NCBI GenBank assembly: GCA_039208735.1
Contig: JBCCQY010000002.1
Span: forward strand, 1 to 64,000
Source: Myxococcota bacterium
Lineage (GTDB): Bacteria; Myxococcota_A; UBA796; GCA-2862545
Direction of reading: 5' to 3'
Length of the DNA: 64,000 nt
Positions 31,282-40,689 of this stretch are shown here, in pieces. Below the pieces are notes generated by a model that worked only from the letters and a program-made list of their open reading frames with translations, was not told the origin of the DNA and searched no databases. The first letter of the stretch is position 1, and each line of letters begins with the position of its first letter. A program made the position numbers and the translations under genes.

Positions 31282-31320
31282 TGTCGCACAGACTTTACAC
31301 TTGGTCGTGTCGACCTTACA
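31282..31320 (+). promoter_or_regulatory. Tandem candidate operator GTCG-N4-GACnTTACA, 21-bp spacing
   Basis: TGTCGCACAGACTTTACA (31282) and GGTCGTGTCGACCTTACA (31303) are 12/18 identical and sit upstream of the XRE-PBP gene. Confidence 0.5.
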
Positions 31321-31347
31321 GAAGGGGTCCCCATTAGGGAGCCCTCG

Positions 31348-32436
31348 TTGACCGGTGGACCCGTACACACGACCGTGCGACAACGCCGCGTGCAAGCGGG
31401 GCTGTCGCAATCTGAGCTGGCCTTGCGAGCGGGCGTGTCGAGGCAGGCCCTCTCGGCGATTGAAGCGGGTCGGCAAGTCCCGTCCACGACGCTTGCGTTG
31501 CAGCTCGCACGGGTGTTGCGATGCGGGGTGGACGACCTGTTTCGACTTGCGGGTGGTCCAGTGGTCGAGGCGACGATCGCGGGGGCCGTCGCTCCGGGAC
31601 AACGCGTGGTGCTGGGCCGCGTCGATGGGGTGCTGATCGCCCATCGGGCGCCGAACCCGGCCCATGCCGCCGATGGCCTGGTGGTCGAGGCCACGGGGGA
31701 ACGGGCGCGGGTCGAGTTGCTGGGCGACGCAGACGACATCGAATCGAACGTGCTCGTGGCCGGATGTGCCCCGTTGCTGGGTCTGCTCACGACACGGCTC
31801 GGGCGGCGCTACCGGGACGCCCGGGCCACCTGGATTCCTGCCAACAGCACCGCCTCGCTGTCGCTGCTTGCGCACCGCCATGTGCACCTCGCGGGCATTC
31901 ACCTGGCGGAGGCTGGCGATCCCCAAGCCCACGATGTGGCCGCCAAGGCAGCGCTCCCCGGTCAACCGACCACGCTGGTGCACCTTGCCCAGTGGCGCCA
32001 GGGGCTCATCGTCGCCCCCGGCAATCCCCTCGACCTTGGCGAAGGCTCCCCGTTGCTGCGACCGGGCCTGCGCTACGCCGTCCGCGAGGCGGGTGCGGGC
32101 GCTCAGCGGGTGTTTGAGCGCACCATGGCGGCCGCAGGGGGGGCGGTGCCTAAGGGTCCCCTCGCCACCGACCACCACGAGGTCGCCCAACTCGTGCGGT
32201 GGGGAGTGGCCGACGTGGGGGTGGCCGTCGAGGCCGCCGCCCTCACCGATGCGCTCGGGTTCGTCCCGCTTTGCGACGAGCGGTTCGACCTGGTCGTGCC
32301 GACGTCCCGCCTCGATACGCCAAAGGTGGCCCGATTTCTCGATCTGCTCGACCGCCGGGCCTTTCGGGCCGAAGCGCGAGGTCTGCAGGGCTACGACCTG
32401 TCCCAAGCCGGCGACGTGCGGACGGTGGCGCCGTGA
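31348..32436 (+). CDS. XRE-HTH plus PBP-like (molybdate-binding) transcriptional regulator
   Basis: GLSQSELALRAGVSRQALSAIEAG HTH, then NSTASL..L...HLAGIHL, QGLIVAPGNP, REAGAGAQ and ERFDLV. Start uncertain (TTG at 31348). Confidence 0.85.
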   Translation: MTGGPVHTTVRQRRVQAGLSQSELALRAGVSRQALSAIEAGRQVPSTTLALQLARVLRCGVDDLFRLAGGPVVEATIAGAVAPGQRVVLGRVDGVLIAHRAPNPAHAADGLVVEATGERARVELLGDADDIESNVLVAGCAPLLGLLTTRLGRRYRDARATWIPANSTASLSLLAHRHVHLAGIHLAEAGDPQAHDVAAKAALPGQPTTLVHLAQWRQGLIVAPGNPLDLGEGSPLLRPGLRYAVREAGAGAQRVFERTMAAAGGAVPKGPLATDHHEVAQLVRWGVADVGVAVEAAALTDALGFVPLCDERFDLVVPTSRLDTPKVARFLDLLDRRAFRAEARGLQGYDLSQAGDVRTVAP

Positions 32437-33158
32437 TCGGCTGGTTCCTGCTGGCCCTGGGCTGTGGAACCCCCGACGACCGCACGCCCCTCGTGGTGTT
32501 CGCGGCGTCCTCGTTGACCGAGGCATTTGGTGCGGTGGAGGAGTCCTTCGAAGCCGCTCATCCCCACATCGACGTACAAGTCGTGCTCGCCGGAAGTCAG
32601 GTCCTGCGCATGCAGATCGAACAGGGTGCGGCCGTCGACGTCTTCGCCTCGGCCAATCCCCACCACGTGAATGGCGTCGTCGACACTCCCCACACCTTCG
32701 CCCACAACGAACTCGTGGTGATCGTGCCTTCGGGGAACCCGGCGGGCGTCCAACGGTTCGAGGACCTGCCAAACGCGCACCGCATCGTCCTGGGCACCGA
32801 CACCGTGCCGATCGGTCGCTACGCCCGCACCGTGCTCAACCGCGCCAACCCTGAATTCGCGGCCGCCGTCCGACAACGCGTGGTGTCGAAGGAAGCCAAC
32901 GTACGTCTCGTCCGCGCCAAGGTCGCCCTGGGTGAGGCCGACGCCGCGTTTGTGTACCGCACGGACGCGCTGGCCTCCTCGGTCCAGACCGTACCCGTGC
33001 CCGAAGACCTCAACGTGCGGGCGGACTACCCCATTGGCGTGGTCACGACCGCTCCCCATCGCGCCGAAGCGCGCACGTTTATCGACTTCGTGACCTCTCG
33101 CGAAGGGCAGGACGTCCTGACCCAGTACGGCTTCCTACGGCCTGACGTCGCCGAGTGA
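32433..33158 (+). CDS. modA: Molybdate ABC transporter substrate-binding lipoprotein
   Basis: LALGC lipobox, [45 protein letters not shown]. Confidence 0.92.
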   Translation: MIGWFLLALGCGTPDDRTPLVVFAASSLTEAFGAVEESFEAAHPHIDVQVVLAGSQVLRMQIEQGAAVDVFASANPHHVNGVVDTPHTFAHNELVVIVPSGNPAGVQRFEDLPNAHRIVLGTDTVPIGRYARTVLNRANPEFAAAVRQRVVSKEANVRLVRAKVALGEADAAFVYRTDALASSVQTVPVPEDLNVRADYPIGVVTTAPHRAEARTFIDFVTSREGQDVLTQYGFLRPDVAE

Positions 33159-33925
33159 CCCTGCTCGGCCGACTCCTCGGAGTGACCCTGCTTGGGCTGC
33201 TCGTGCTCCCGCTCTTGGCCCTGGTGGGTTCGAGTTCGTGGCATGACCTCCAGGCCGGGCTCTCCCACCCTCGCTTTGGTGCGGCCCTTGGACTCAGCCT
33301 GCGCACGACGTTCACCACCCTCATCGCCATCGTGGGACTTGGCACGCCGCTCGCCTGGTGGCTCGCCTCCTCGCGGTCGCCGCTCACCCGTTGGGCATCC
33401 GTGCTGGTGGATTTGCCCATCGTGGTGCCTCCCGCGGTGGTGGGCATCGCGCTCTTGCAGACGTTTGGCCGGCAAGGTTGGCTCGGCCCCCTGTTGGCCG
33501 AAGTGGGCGTATCGCTTCCCTTCACCCCAGCTGCGGTCGTGCTGGCGCAGATCGTGGTGGCCTCCCCGTTCTATGTCCAAGCCGCGACCAACGCCTTTCG
33601 CAAGGTCGACCCTGACACGTTGCTGGTGGCCCGCACGCTGGGCGCAACCCCCTCCGAGGCCTTCGTACGCATTGCCCTCCCCATCGCCGCGCCGGGGCTC
33701 GTCGCAGGGGCCTCGCTCGCCTGGGCTCGGGCCCTTGGCGAATTTGGCGCCACCCTGCTGTTCGCGGGTAATCTCGCGGGACGCACCCAGACCATGCCCC
33801 TCGCCATCTTCACCGCCCTCGAATCCGACGTGAACCTCGCGGTTGTCTTCGCACTGGTGCTCACCGGGATGGGAGCGGTGCTCTTGCTCTCGTTGCGACT
33901 CGTCTTGCGGCAGGGGGCGACGTGA
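33155..33925 (+). CDS. modB: Molybdate ABC transporter permease
   Basis: [42 protein letters not shown]. Confidence 0.93.
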   Translation: MTLLGRLLGVTLLGLLVLPLLALVGSSSWHDLQAGLSHPRFGAALGLSLRTTFTTLIAIVGLGTPLAWWLASSRSPLTRWASVLVDLPIVVPPAVVGIALLQTFGRQGWLGPLLAEVGVSLPFTPAAVVLAQIVVASPFYVQAATNAFRKVDPDTLLVARTLGATPSEAFVRIALPIAAPGLVAGASLAWARALGEFGATLLFAGNLAGRTQTMPLAIFTALESDVNLAVVFALVLTGMGAVLLLSLRLVLRQGAT

Positions 33926-34635
33926 GCTGGTCGTTCACGGTCCGGGCCCAACGGGGCACGTTCGAACTCGATGTGACCCTCGAAGGCGAGGCCTCGCTGC
34001 TCGCGATCGTAGGGCCCAACGGCAGCGGTAAGACGACGCTTCTGCGTTCGCTCACCGGGGCGATCCCCGCCCAAACCCACCTCGTGGTGCACGGTGAAAC
34101 GCTGATCAGTCCTGCATCCTCACCGCCTCCTGAGGTCCGCCGCATCGGCTACGTCCCTCAAGGCTACGGGCTGTTTCCTCATCTCAATGTGCTGCAGAAC
34201 GTCGCGTTTGGGTTGTCCACCCGCCAGCGCCATCGCCCCAAAGCGGTCCGTGAAGCCACCGCTCAGGCCTTGCTGGACGACCTTCAGTGCTCACACCTAA
34301 CCCATCGCCGCGTCGAAGGGCTGTCGGGCGGGGAGCGGCAACGGGTGGCCCTGGCTCGCGCCCTCGCCATCGACCCGGCCCTCCTGCTCTTGGACGAGCC
34401 GCTCGCCGCGCTCGATGCGACCACCCGACGTCAGGTTCGCCAGTTCCTTGGCCAGACCCTTCGCCAGCTGTCGTGTCCCGCGCTGCTCGTGACCCACGAT
34501 GTGCGCGACCTCATCGCGCTTGACGCGGACACGGCCGTCCTTGAGGAGGGCCGAGTGGTGCAACGGGGCTCGGTCGACGCCCTACGCGCCAACCCAGCAA
34601 GTGCCTTCGTTGCGGAACTCGTGGAGGCGCCCTAA
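33922..34635 (+). CDS. modC: Molybdate ABC transporter ATP-binding protein (no TOBE domain)
   Basis: [38 protein letters not shown]. Confidence 0.88.
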   Translation: MSWSFTVRAQRGTFELDVTLEGEASLLAIVGPNGSGKTTLLRSLTGAIPAQTHLVVHGETLISPASSPPPEVRRIGYVPQGYGLFPHLNVLQNVAFGLSTRQRHRPKAVREATAQALLDDLQCSHLTHRRVEGLSGGERQRVALARALAIDPALLLLDEPLAALDATTRRQVRQFLGQTLRQLSCPALLVTHDVRDLIALDADTAVLEEGRVVQRGSVDALRANPASAFVAELVEAP

Positions 34636-34641
34636 GGGCGG

Positions 34642-35514
34642 TCATTCTTTGATCGCATCGGGTCGTACGGCCCGGTGAAATCCCTGGTACGCCTCACTTG
34701 TGTCGTGGTCGAGCATCGGAAAGTGGGTCGGCGCAATGGACCCACCGCCATCGATCTTCACGACCTCGCCCGTGACGAAGGCCGCGGCTTCCGACAACAG
34801 GAAGACCACCACCGAGCTGACCTCGGCCTCGGTCGCAAGCCGCTTGAGGGGCACGGCCTTCTTGAGTTGCGGAATGAGCGCGCGGGTCGCAGCATCGTAC
34901 GTGTCGAGGCCCGACGACTCCACCCATCCGGGCGCCACCGCATTCACCCGGACCCCTTGGGCGGCCCACTCCACCGCCAACGTTTGCGTGAGGTTGAGCA
35001 TGCCCATGCGCGCGGCGCCGGAGTGTGCCATGCCGGGCATGCCCTTCCACATGTCGGCGAGCATGTTCACCACCACGCCCGTGGCGGGCCGATTCGACCA
35101 CACCTGATCGAAGCACTCGCGGGCCATGAGAAACCCGCCAAGCAGGTTGGTCCGCACGACGGCGTCAAAGCCGCGCGCCGAGATCATTGCTGCGGGGGAC
35201 GGGAACTGCCCGCCTGCGTTGTTCACGAGGTAATCCACCCGACCGTGCTGCTCGACGATCGAGGCAATCCCCTCTTTGACAAGCGCTTCGTCGCGAATGT
35301 CAAAGGCATGCGTCGAGACCGCGCCCCCATCCTCGGTGATTTCGGCGGCCACCCGCTCGAGCTTCTCGAGTTTGCGCCCGGTAATGGCGACCGTCGCTCC
35401 CAATGACGTCAGTTCATGGGCGATGCAACGGCCAATCCCAGAGCCCCCTCCGGTGACGATGGCCACCCGGTTTGCAAACAGATCCGGACGAAACACCGAG
35501 CGATATCCACTCAT
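34642..35514 (-). CDS. SDR oxidoreductase (AtuB/trans-2-enoyl-CoA reductase-like)
   Basis: YRSVFRPDLF, TGGGSGIGRC, NNAGGQF, MAHSGAARMGM. Confidence 0.88.
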   Translation of the reverse strand: MSGYRSVFRPDLFANRVAIVTGGGSGIGRCIAHELTSLGATVAITGRKLEKLERVAAEITEDGGAVSTHAFDIRDEALVKEGIASIVEQHGRVDYLVNNAGGQFPSPAAMISARGFDAVVRTNLLGGFLMARECFDQVWSNRPATGVVVNMLADMWKGMPGMAHSGAARMGMLNLTQTLAVEWAAQGVRVNAVAPGWVESSGLDTYDAATRALIPQLKKAVPLKRLATEAEVSSVVVFLLSEAAAFVTGEVVKIDGGGSIAPTHFPMLDHDTSEAYQGFHRAVRPDAIKE

Positions 35515-35527
35515 CGAGCTGCCTCCC

Positions 35528-36694
35528 CTATGCGCCGATCTCGACCATCTTCCAGATGATTTCCTTCATGACCTCCGACGTGCCCCCTCCGATGGGCAAC
35601 AGGCGAACGTCGCGGTACTGCCGGCAAATGTCGTATTCCTCGGTGAAGCCGTAGCCCCCGTGGAACTGTAGACAGTCGTAGATCACCTTTTGGGACAGGT
35701 CGCCGGCAAACAACTTGGCCATCGACACCATCTTCGTCGCGGCCTGTGGCCCCTGCTCATCGAGGACGCGCATCGCCTGGTTTGCGAGCGCCTTGCTCGC
35801 CTGCAACGCCGTGAAGTGCTCGGCGAACTTGTGACGCCACACCTGGAACTTCATGATCGGCCGCCCGAACGCCTCGCGCTCGTTGCCGTACTTGATGGCA
35901 TCGCGCAGCGACAGCTCCATGCCGGCATTGCCCATCAGCGCACCAACGAGGCGCTCGCCCTGGAAGTTCGTCATGATGTAGTAGAAACCTGCATTCTCTT
36001 GACCCAAGAGGTAGCGCTGCGGGATCCGGCAGTCCTCGAAGTGGATCTCGCAGCTGCCTACGCTGCGGGTTCCGAGTTTGTCGAGCTTCCGTCCCACCGA
36101 AAACCCCTTGGTATCTGTGGGAAAGAGCACCAGGCTGATGCCCCCATGGCCCGCCTCTCCGGTGCGCACCGCAAGCGTGATGAAGTCGGCGAAGTCGGCA
36201 TTCGTGATCCACGTCTTCTGCCCGTTGATGACGAAGTCGTCGCCGTCTTTGCGAGCCGTCGTTCGGATCGACGCCACATCCGACCCCGCCCCCGGCTCCG
36301 ACACGCCGAGTGACGCCACCTTCTCGCCCGCAATCATAGGAGTGAGAAACTCTTTTTTCTGTTCGTCGGTACCGATCTCATCGATGATCGGTGTGGCCAT
36401 GTCCGTATCGACCAGGATGCTCATGAGGACGCCCGAATTGCGGCAATGCGCAAGCCCCTCGACGAACGCCGCGGTGTAGCCCCAGTTGAGTCCAAGCCCG
36501 CCGTACGCTTCGTCCATGCGAATGCCCAGCACGCCTAGGTCCGCCAGCTTCGCGTAGACCTCGCGGTGTGGGAACGCCCCCGCCCGGTCCCACTCCTCAC
36601 GAAAGGGATGGAGTTCATCCATCGCGAACTTCTTGACGGTGTCGCGCAGCTGAAGCTGCTCTTCGGTCATTCCCGGGAATGAAGCGTCGGTCAC
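35528..36694 (-). CDS. Acyl-CoA dehydrogenase (AtuD-like)
   Basis: SEPGAGSDVASIRT, NGQKTWITN, FQGERL, LQFHGGYG, IGGGTSEVM. Confidence 0.93.
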   Translation of the reverse strand: MTDASFPGMTEEQLQLRDTVKKFAMDELHPFREEWDRAGAFPHREVYAKLADLGVLGIRMDEAYGGLGLNWGYTAAFVEGLAHCRNSGVLMSILVDTDMATPIIDEIGTDEQKKEFLTPMIAGEKVASLGVSEPGAGSDVASIRTTARKDGDDFVINGQKTWITNADFADFITLAVRTGEAGHGGISLVLFPTDTKGFSVGRKLDKLGTRSVGSCEIHFEDCRIPQRYLLGQENAGFYYIMTNFQGERLVGALMGNAGMELSLRDAIKYGNEREAFGRPIMKFQVWRHKFAEHFTALQASKALANQAMRVLDEQGPQAATKMVSMAKLFAGDLSQKVIYDCLQFHGGYGFTEEYDICRQYRDVRLLPIGGGTSEVMKEIIWKMVEIGA

Positions 36695-36720
36695 GTGATT
36701 CCTCCATCATCGACTTCACA

Positions 36721-36744
36721 AACATACCATACGTACGGTATGTT
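36721..36744. promoter_or_regulatory. Palindromic TetR operator candidate
   Basis: AACATACCATACGTACGGTATGTT is a 24-bp palindrome with one mismatched pair, in the 58-bp divergent gap. Confidence 0.8.
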
Positions 36745-36752
36745 GACACCAG

Positions 36753-37367
36753 ATGAAGACGAATCCCGCCCGACGCCCGCAAGCCGAGCGACGCCGTGAC
36801 ACGCAGCGCAAGTTGACCAACGCCGTGGTGCGCTGCCTCGATCAACTCGGCTACGCTCAAACCTCCATCACCGCCGTCCAAGAGGCCGCGGGGGTGTCGC
36901 GAGGGGCCGTGCTCCACCACTTCCCGAGCAAGCTCGAACTCATCGCAGGCACCGCCAAGGTGCTGCTCACGCAGGCGCTCGAACGCACCCAGGACGCGGA
37001 ACCCTGGCGAGGCGCCACGAGCGTGGAGGAGTTGGTGGTGCACTATTGGCGTACGGTCGTCGATACGCCAGCCGGCCGCGCCTACCTCGAAATCCTCGGT
37101 GCGTGCCGGACCGACGAAGAGCTGCGCGCCGCCGTGCAAGAGGTGGTCGAAGAGTGGGAATCCGGCCTCACCAGCGCCGCGCTTGAGCGTTTCATCGGCC
37201 GGCCCATGCCCACAAAGCCCGATGACGTCGTGGCCCTATGGGGCATGTGCCGTTCGTTCCTGCGCGGACTGCTATTGGACATGTCCGTCGACAGCCAACG
37301 GTCCGAACAGCAAGTCCGACTGTTTGCCCGCCTCCTGAGCACCCACCTCCGACTGCGAGACGAGTGA
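36753..37367 (+). CDS. TetR/AcrR family regulator
   Basis: GYAQTSITAVQEAAGVSRGAVLHHFPSK. Confidence 0.93.
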   Translation: MKTNPARRPQAERRRDTQRKLTNAVVRCLDQLGYAQTSITAVQEAAGVSRGAVLHHFPSKLELIAGTAKVLLTQALERTQDAEPWRGATSVEELVVHYWRTVVDTPAGRAYLEILGACRTDEELRAAVQEVVEEWESGLTSAALERFIGRPMPTKPDDVVALWGMCRSFLRGLLLDMSVDSQRSEQQVRLFARLLSTHLRLRDE

Positions 37368-38227
37368 TGGAAAAAGCAATTATTACCTGCGCTGTCAACG
37401 GCGTCCTTACGAACCCCAAGCAGCATCCGGTGCCGGTCACGCCCGAAGAGATGGCCGTTTCCGCAAGGGAAGCCTACGACGCAGGCGCTTCCATCATGCA
37501 CATCCACTTTCGGCAGCAAGATCCGAACCTCGGCCACCTCCCTTCCTGGGAGCCCGAGGTCGCCAAAGCCTGCGCCGATGCCATCCGTGAGGCGTGCCCC
37601 GTGGTCATCATCAACCAGACCACGGGCGTGGTGGGTCCCGACGTGTCCGGCCCCATTGCCTGTATGGATGCCTTGAAGCCCGAGATCGCGGCCTGCAATG
37701 CGGGGAGTCTCAACTACCTCAAAGTGCGCAGCAACGGCCAGTGGGCGTGGCCTCCTATGCTCTTCGACAACCCCGTGCCCAAGGTCCAAGAGATGATCGA
37801 CGCGATGAACCGCGTCGGTGCGCTTCCCGAATTCGAATGCTTCGACCTGGGCATCGTGCGTTCGATCGCCATGTACCTGAAGGTAGGCATGGCCGAGACC
37901 GCCCAGTACAACTTCGTGATGGGGGTGGCCTCCGGGATGCCCGCCGATGCCGACCTCCTCGACATCCTGCTCCGCTACAAGGCCCCGTCGAGCCCTTGGC
38001 AGTGCACGATCATTGGGCGGCAGGAAATCTGGGACGTGCACCGGAAGGCCGCCGAGCTGGGGGGCATGCTGCGCACGGGCGTCGAAGATACGTTCTACCT
38101 CCCAAACGGCGACAAGACGTCGGGGAACGGTGCCCTCATTGAGGCGCTCGCCAACCTGGCCCGCGAAGTGGGACGGGAGGTGGCTTCGCCCTCAGAAGCT
38201 CGAGAAATGCTCGGCATGGCGGCGTGA
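37367..38227 (+). CDS. BKACE (3-keto-5-aminohexanoate cleavage enzyme family, DUF849)
   Basis: IITCAVNG, PVTPEE, AGASIMHIHFR, PEFECFD, RTGVED. TGATG overlap with TetR. Confidence 0.92.
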   Translation: MEKAIITCAVNGVLTNPKQHPVPVTPEEMAVSAREAYDAGASIMHIHFRQQDPNLGHLPSWEPEVAKACADAIREACPVVIINQTTGVVGPDVSGPIACMDALKPEIAACNAGSLNYLKVRSNGQWAWPPMLFDNPVPKVQEMIDAMNRVGALPEFECFDLGIVRSIAMYLKVGMAETAQYNFVMGVASGMPADADLLDILLRYKAPSSPWQCTIIGRQEIWDVHRKAAELGGMLRTGVEDTFYLPNGDKTSGNGALIEALANLAREVGREVASPSEAREMLGMAA

Positions 38228-38254
38228 AGCTGCGGAGGGTGCTACCTGCGCCCC

Positions 38255-38671
38255 GTGAAGTCCTGGAAGCTCCGCCTTGCCGTACTCGTCACGGCGAGCG
38301 CTTACATCCTGCTGTCCCCCATCCTCGTTCAGATCCCAGCCCTTCGGGTTCACACCCCATTCGTACGGGGGTGGCGGATGTATGCCGGCGTCGGTCGGGG
38401 GACGTGCGACGTGACCATCCGAGCCAAGATCGATGGCGTATGGGAAGAAGACATCGACTATGTCGAGGCTTTCCACGGTAAAGCCTGGCATGAGGTCACC
38501 CCCCGACGTCGGCGGGTCATCCGGAAGGAGGTGGCGAACTTCGGCCGGCACCTGTGCCGCAAGCTGAATGCCACCGACCTCCGTGTGGTGAAGGCGACCT
38601 GTGGCACGCGTGGGCATTGGGTCGAGCCCCCCATCGGGGAGCGCAACCTCTGCCTGCGGCACCCGGAATGA
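38255..38671 (+). CDS. Membrane-anchored HTTM-partner protein (SdpA-like)
   Basis: N-terminal TM helix, GWRMYA motif and four Cys. ATGA-coupled to the HTTM gene. Confidence 0.55.
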   Translation: MKSWKLRLAVLVTASAYILLSPILVQIPALRVHTPFVRGWRMYAGVGRGTCDVTIRAKIDGVWEEDIDYVEAFHGKAWHEVTPRRRRVIRKEVANFGRHLCRKLNATDLRVVKATCGTRGHWVEPPIGERNLCLRHPE

Positions 38672-39498
38672 TGGCGGCCCTCCAAGCGAGGTTGGAACGC
38701 ACCTCATCCACCCGTTCGGCCGCGCTGCTCCGGATCGGATTGGCCCTGCTCCTGTGGGAACGCTTCGGGAACTTCTACGTTCCGTTTGCCTACACCCTTG
38801 ACCCGCTTCGCCTGCTGTTGTCGGTGCCCTTCTGGGTTTTCACCGCGTGCATGCTCGTGGGCTACCGCGCGCAACTCGCCACCGCGAGCACCGCCATCGT
38901 TTTGCTTGTATCCTGGTTTTCGCTGGGTGTGTTCGGCGACATAGGCGACTTCATTCACCACCACACCTGGCTCATGGTGCTCGCCACCGTGTGGTTGGCG
39001 TTCACCCCGTGTGGCACCAGCCTCTCGGTCGACCGCTGGTTCGCCGTGCGGGATGCAACGCGAAACGACGCCCCTATTCCTCTGGAAGAAGGTCCGGATT
39101 GGGGACTGTTGCTGATCGCCCTTCAGGTCTCGGCGGTGTACTGGTGGGGCGCCTGGGACAAGACGTCGTGGCCTTTCCTTTCCGGCGACCGGCTGTCGAT
39201 GCTCGTCATGCATCAGTACACGGGATTTCGAGTCACCGGATGGGCCTTCGACCTGATCATGGCCTTCGGAGCGTGGGCGGTGGTGATCGTCGAGTACGCG
39301 CTGCCCTTCGGCCTGTTCGTGCGCCGCTGGCAACCCTTCGCCACCGTGGCGGGCATCGCGTTGCATGCGGTCATCTACCTGACGCTGCCGGTGGGCCCCT
39401 TCTCGGCCGTCATGCTGCTGCTCTACCTGGCGTACTACCACCCCGACGACATCCACCAGGGGATCGAGACGCTGCTCGGCCGCCCGCCTAGCCCATGA
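38668..39498 (+). CDS. HTTM-domain membrane protein (SdpB/vitamin-K-dependent carboxylase N-domain-like)
   Basis: AALLRIGL, HHH, PCG.SLSVD, QVSAVY..AWDK..WPFLSG, E..LPFGL, LH......VGPFS. Confidence 0.88.
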   Translation: MMAALQARLERTSSTRSAALLRIGLALLLWERFGNFYVPFAYTLDPLRLLLSVPFWVFTACMLVGYRAQLATASTAIVLLVSWFSLGVFGDIGDFIHHHTWLMVLATVWLAFTPCGTSLSVDRWFAVRDATRNDAPIPLEEGPDWGLLLIALQVSAVYWWGAWDKTSWPFLSGDRLSMLVMHQYTGFRVTGWAFDLIMAFGAWAVVIVEYALPFGLFVRRWQPFATVAGIALHAVIYLTLPVGPFSAVMLLLYLAYYHPDDIHQGIETLLGRPPSP

Positions 39499-40603
39499 CC
39501 ACGCGACCCTCGGCGACTTCAAGGTGCGCGGCCAGGCGTTGCGCATCGGCCTCTACGCCTTCCAGGGCCGAATCCGTCCACCCCGAAAGCGGAGTCACCG
39601 TCACCGTGACTCCGGACTTCTTCGCTTTGTGGGTCCACGTGCCCACAATGCATCCATTGTGAAACACGGTGGCGGCGACGACGGCCGATCGCCTCCACAC
39701 CTGTTTGCGGTCGGCGTCGGTGGCGGTGGTCCATGTCTTGTCGGAGTGCGCCATGAGGACGGTGTCGTAGCCGGCCAGAAGTCGAGCCGGCTCCAAGGAT
39801 GGCTCGGCCTGTAGCGCCTCGAGGTCGCGGCTTAGAACGGTGAGTTCCCGGAGTTCGCAGTGTACGGTCGCGCATTCGTCGGCGAGGGCATCGAGCCAGG
39901 ACCGAGCCAACCCGATCTTCGCCCCAAAGAAGTGCGCAATGTCGTGGGGAGACGCGGGCCCATGCACCGCGAGGTACCGACGCGTGAGTTCGACGGCCGC
40001 TTGGGTTGGATCCAAGCCAAATCCGCCGAGATCGGGAAGCCACAGATCTCGGTGCACATAGCTCTGCTCCGACCCCCGCTTGAGCCCGAGACACACCTCC
40101 CCGCGATGGGCGAGTTGCCACGGAATCCGGCCCGCGGCGTAGCGATCCGCCTGGTCTTCTCCCACGCGCTTCGTCATCTCGGCCCGCATGGTCTCGGTGA
40201 CAAGGTCGAGCAGGTCCGTGCGCGTGCATGCCCCCGCCCGCAGGCGCTCTCGGGCCACCTCCAACACGTCGTCCGGGGCCCGGACCGTGGCACGCCCGGT
40301 TTGCGACCACAATTGATCTGCCGCGGCAAACCAAGGCCAATCCTCGGCCCCAAAGAGGTGGAGGGTGTCGCGCTGAGCCCACGTGCGCACCAACCTGCGG
40401 TCGACTTGCCAGGCCGTCTTGAGCTGCTTTGCGGTGGGCCTTGTGGCAGTTCGCATCGACACCGCCCAGTACGCGGGCCCCTCGACCTGTGCTTGAATGC
40501 CGACAATAGCGCGAGCAGCGGCCAGCGCGTCTTCCGCCCCAGCTCCGGAGAGGTGCCCTCGCCGCATGCGAAACGACCGGACTTGGTCTTCGCGGACCTT
40601 CAT
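39488..40603 (-). CDS. HTH_42 family DNA glycosylase (AlkZ-like)
   Basis: GIQAQ (QxQ), RTWAQRDTLH, RRYLAVHGPAS..D, LLAGYD, G.IVGTW. Confidence 0.88.
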   Translation of the reverse strand: MKVREDQVRSFRMRRGHLSGAGAEDALAAARAIVGIQAQVEGPAYWAVSMRTATRPTAKQLKTAWQVDRRLVRTWAQRDTLHLFGAEDWPWFAAADQLWSQTGRATVRAPDDVLEVARERLRAGACTRTDLLDLVTETMRAEMTKRVGEDQADRYAAGRIPWQLAHRGEVCLGLKRGSEQSYVHRDLWLPDLGGFGLDPTQAAVELTRRYLAVHGPASPHDIAHFFGAKIGLARSWLDALADECATVHCELRELTVLSRDLEALQAEPSLEPARLLAGYDTVLMAHSDKTWTTATDADRKQVWRRSAVVAATVFHNGCIVGTWTHKAKKSGVTVTVTPLSGWTDSALEGVEADAQRLAAHLEVAEGRVVMG

Positions 40604-40689
40604 CGGTGATCTCCCACAACCCATCGCCCCTATCCGACGAAACGCCCTCCCGACGAGATAAGCGTGGCCCGTCGGCAGGTGAGGGACGC

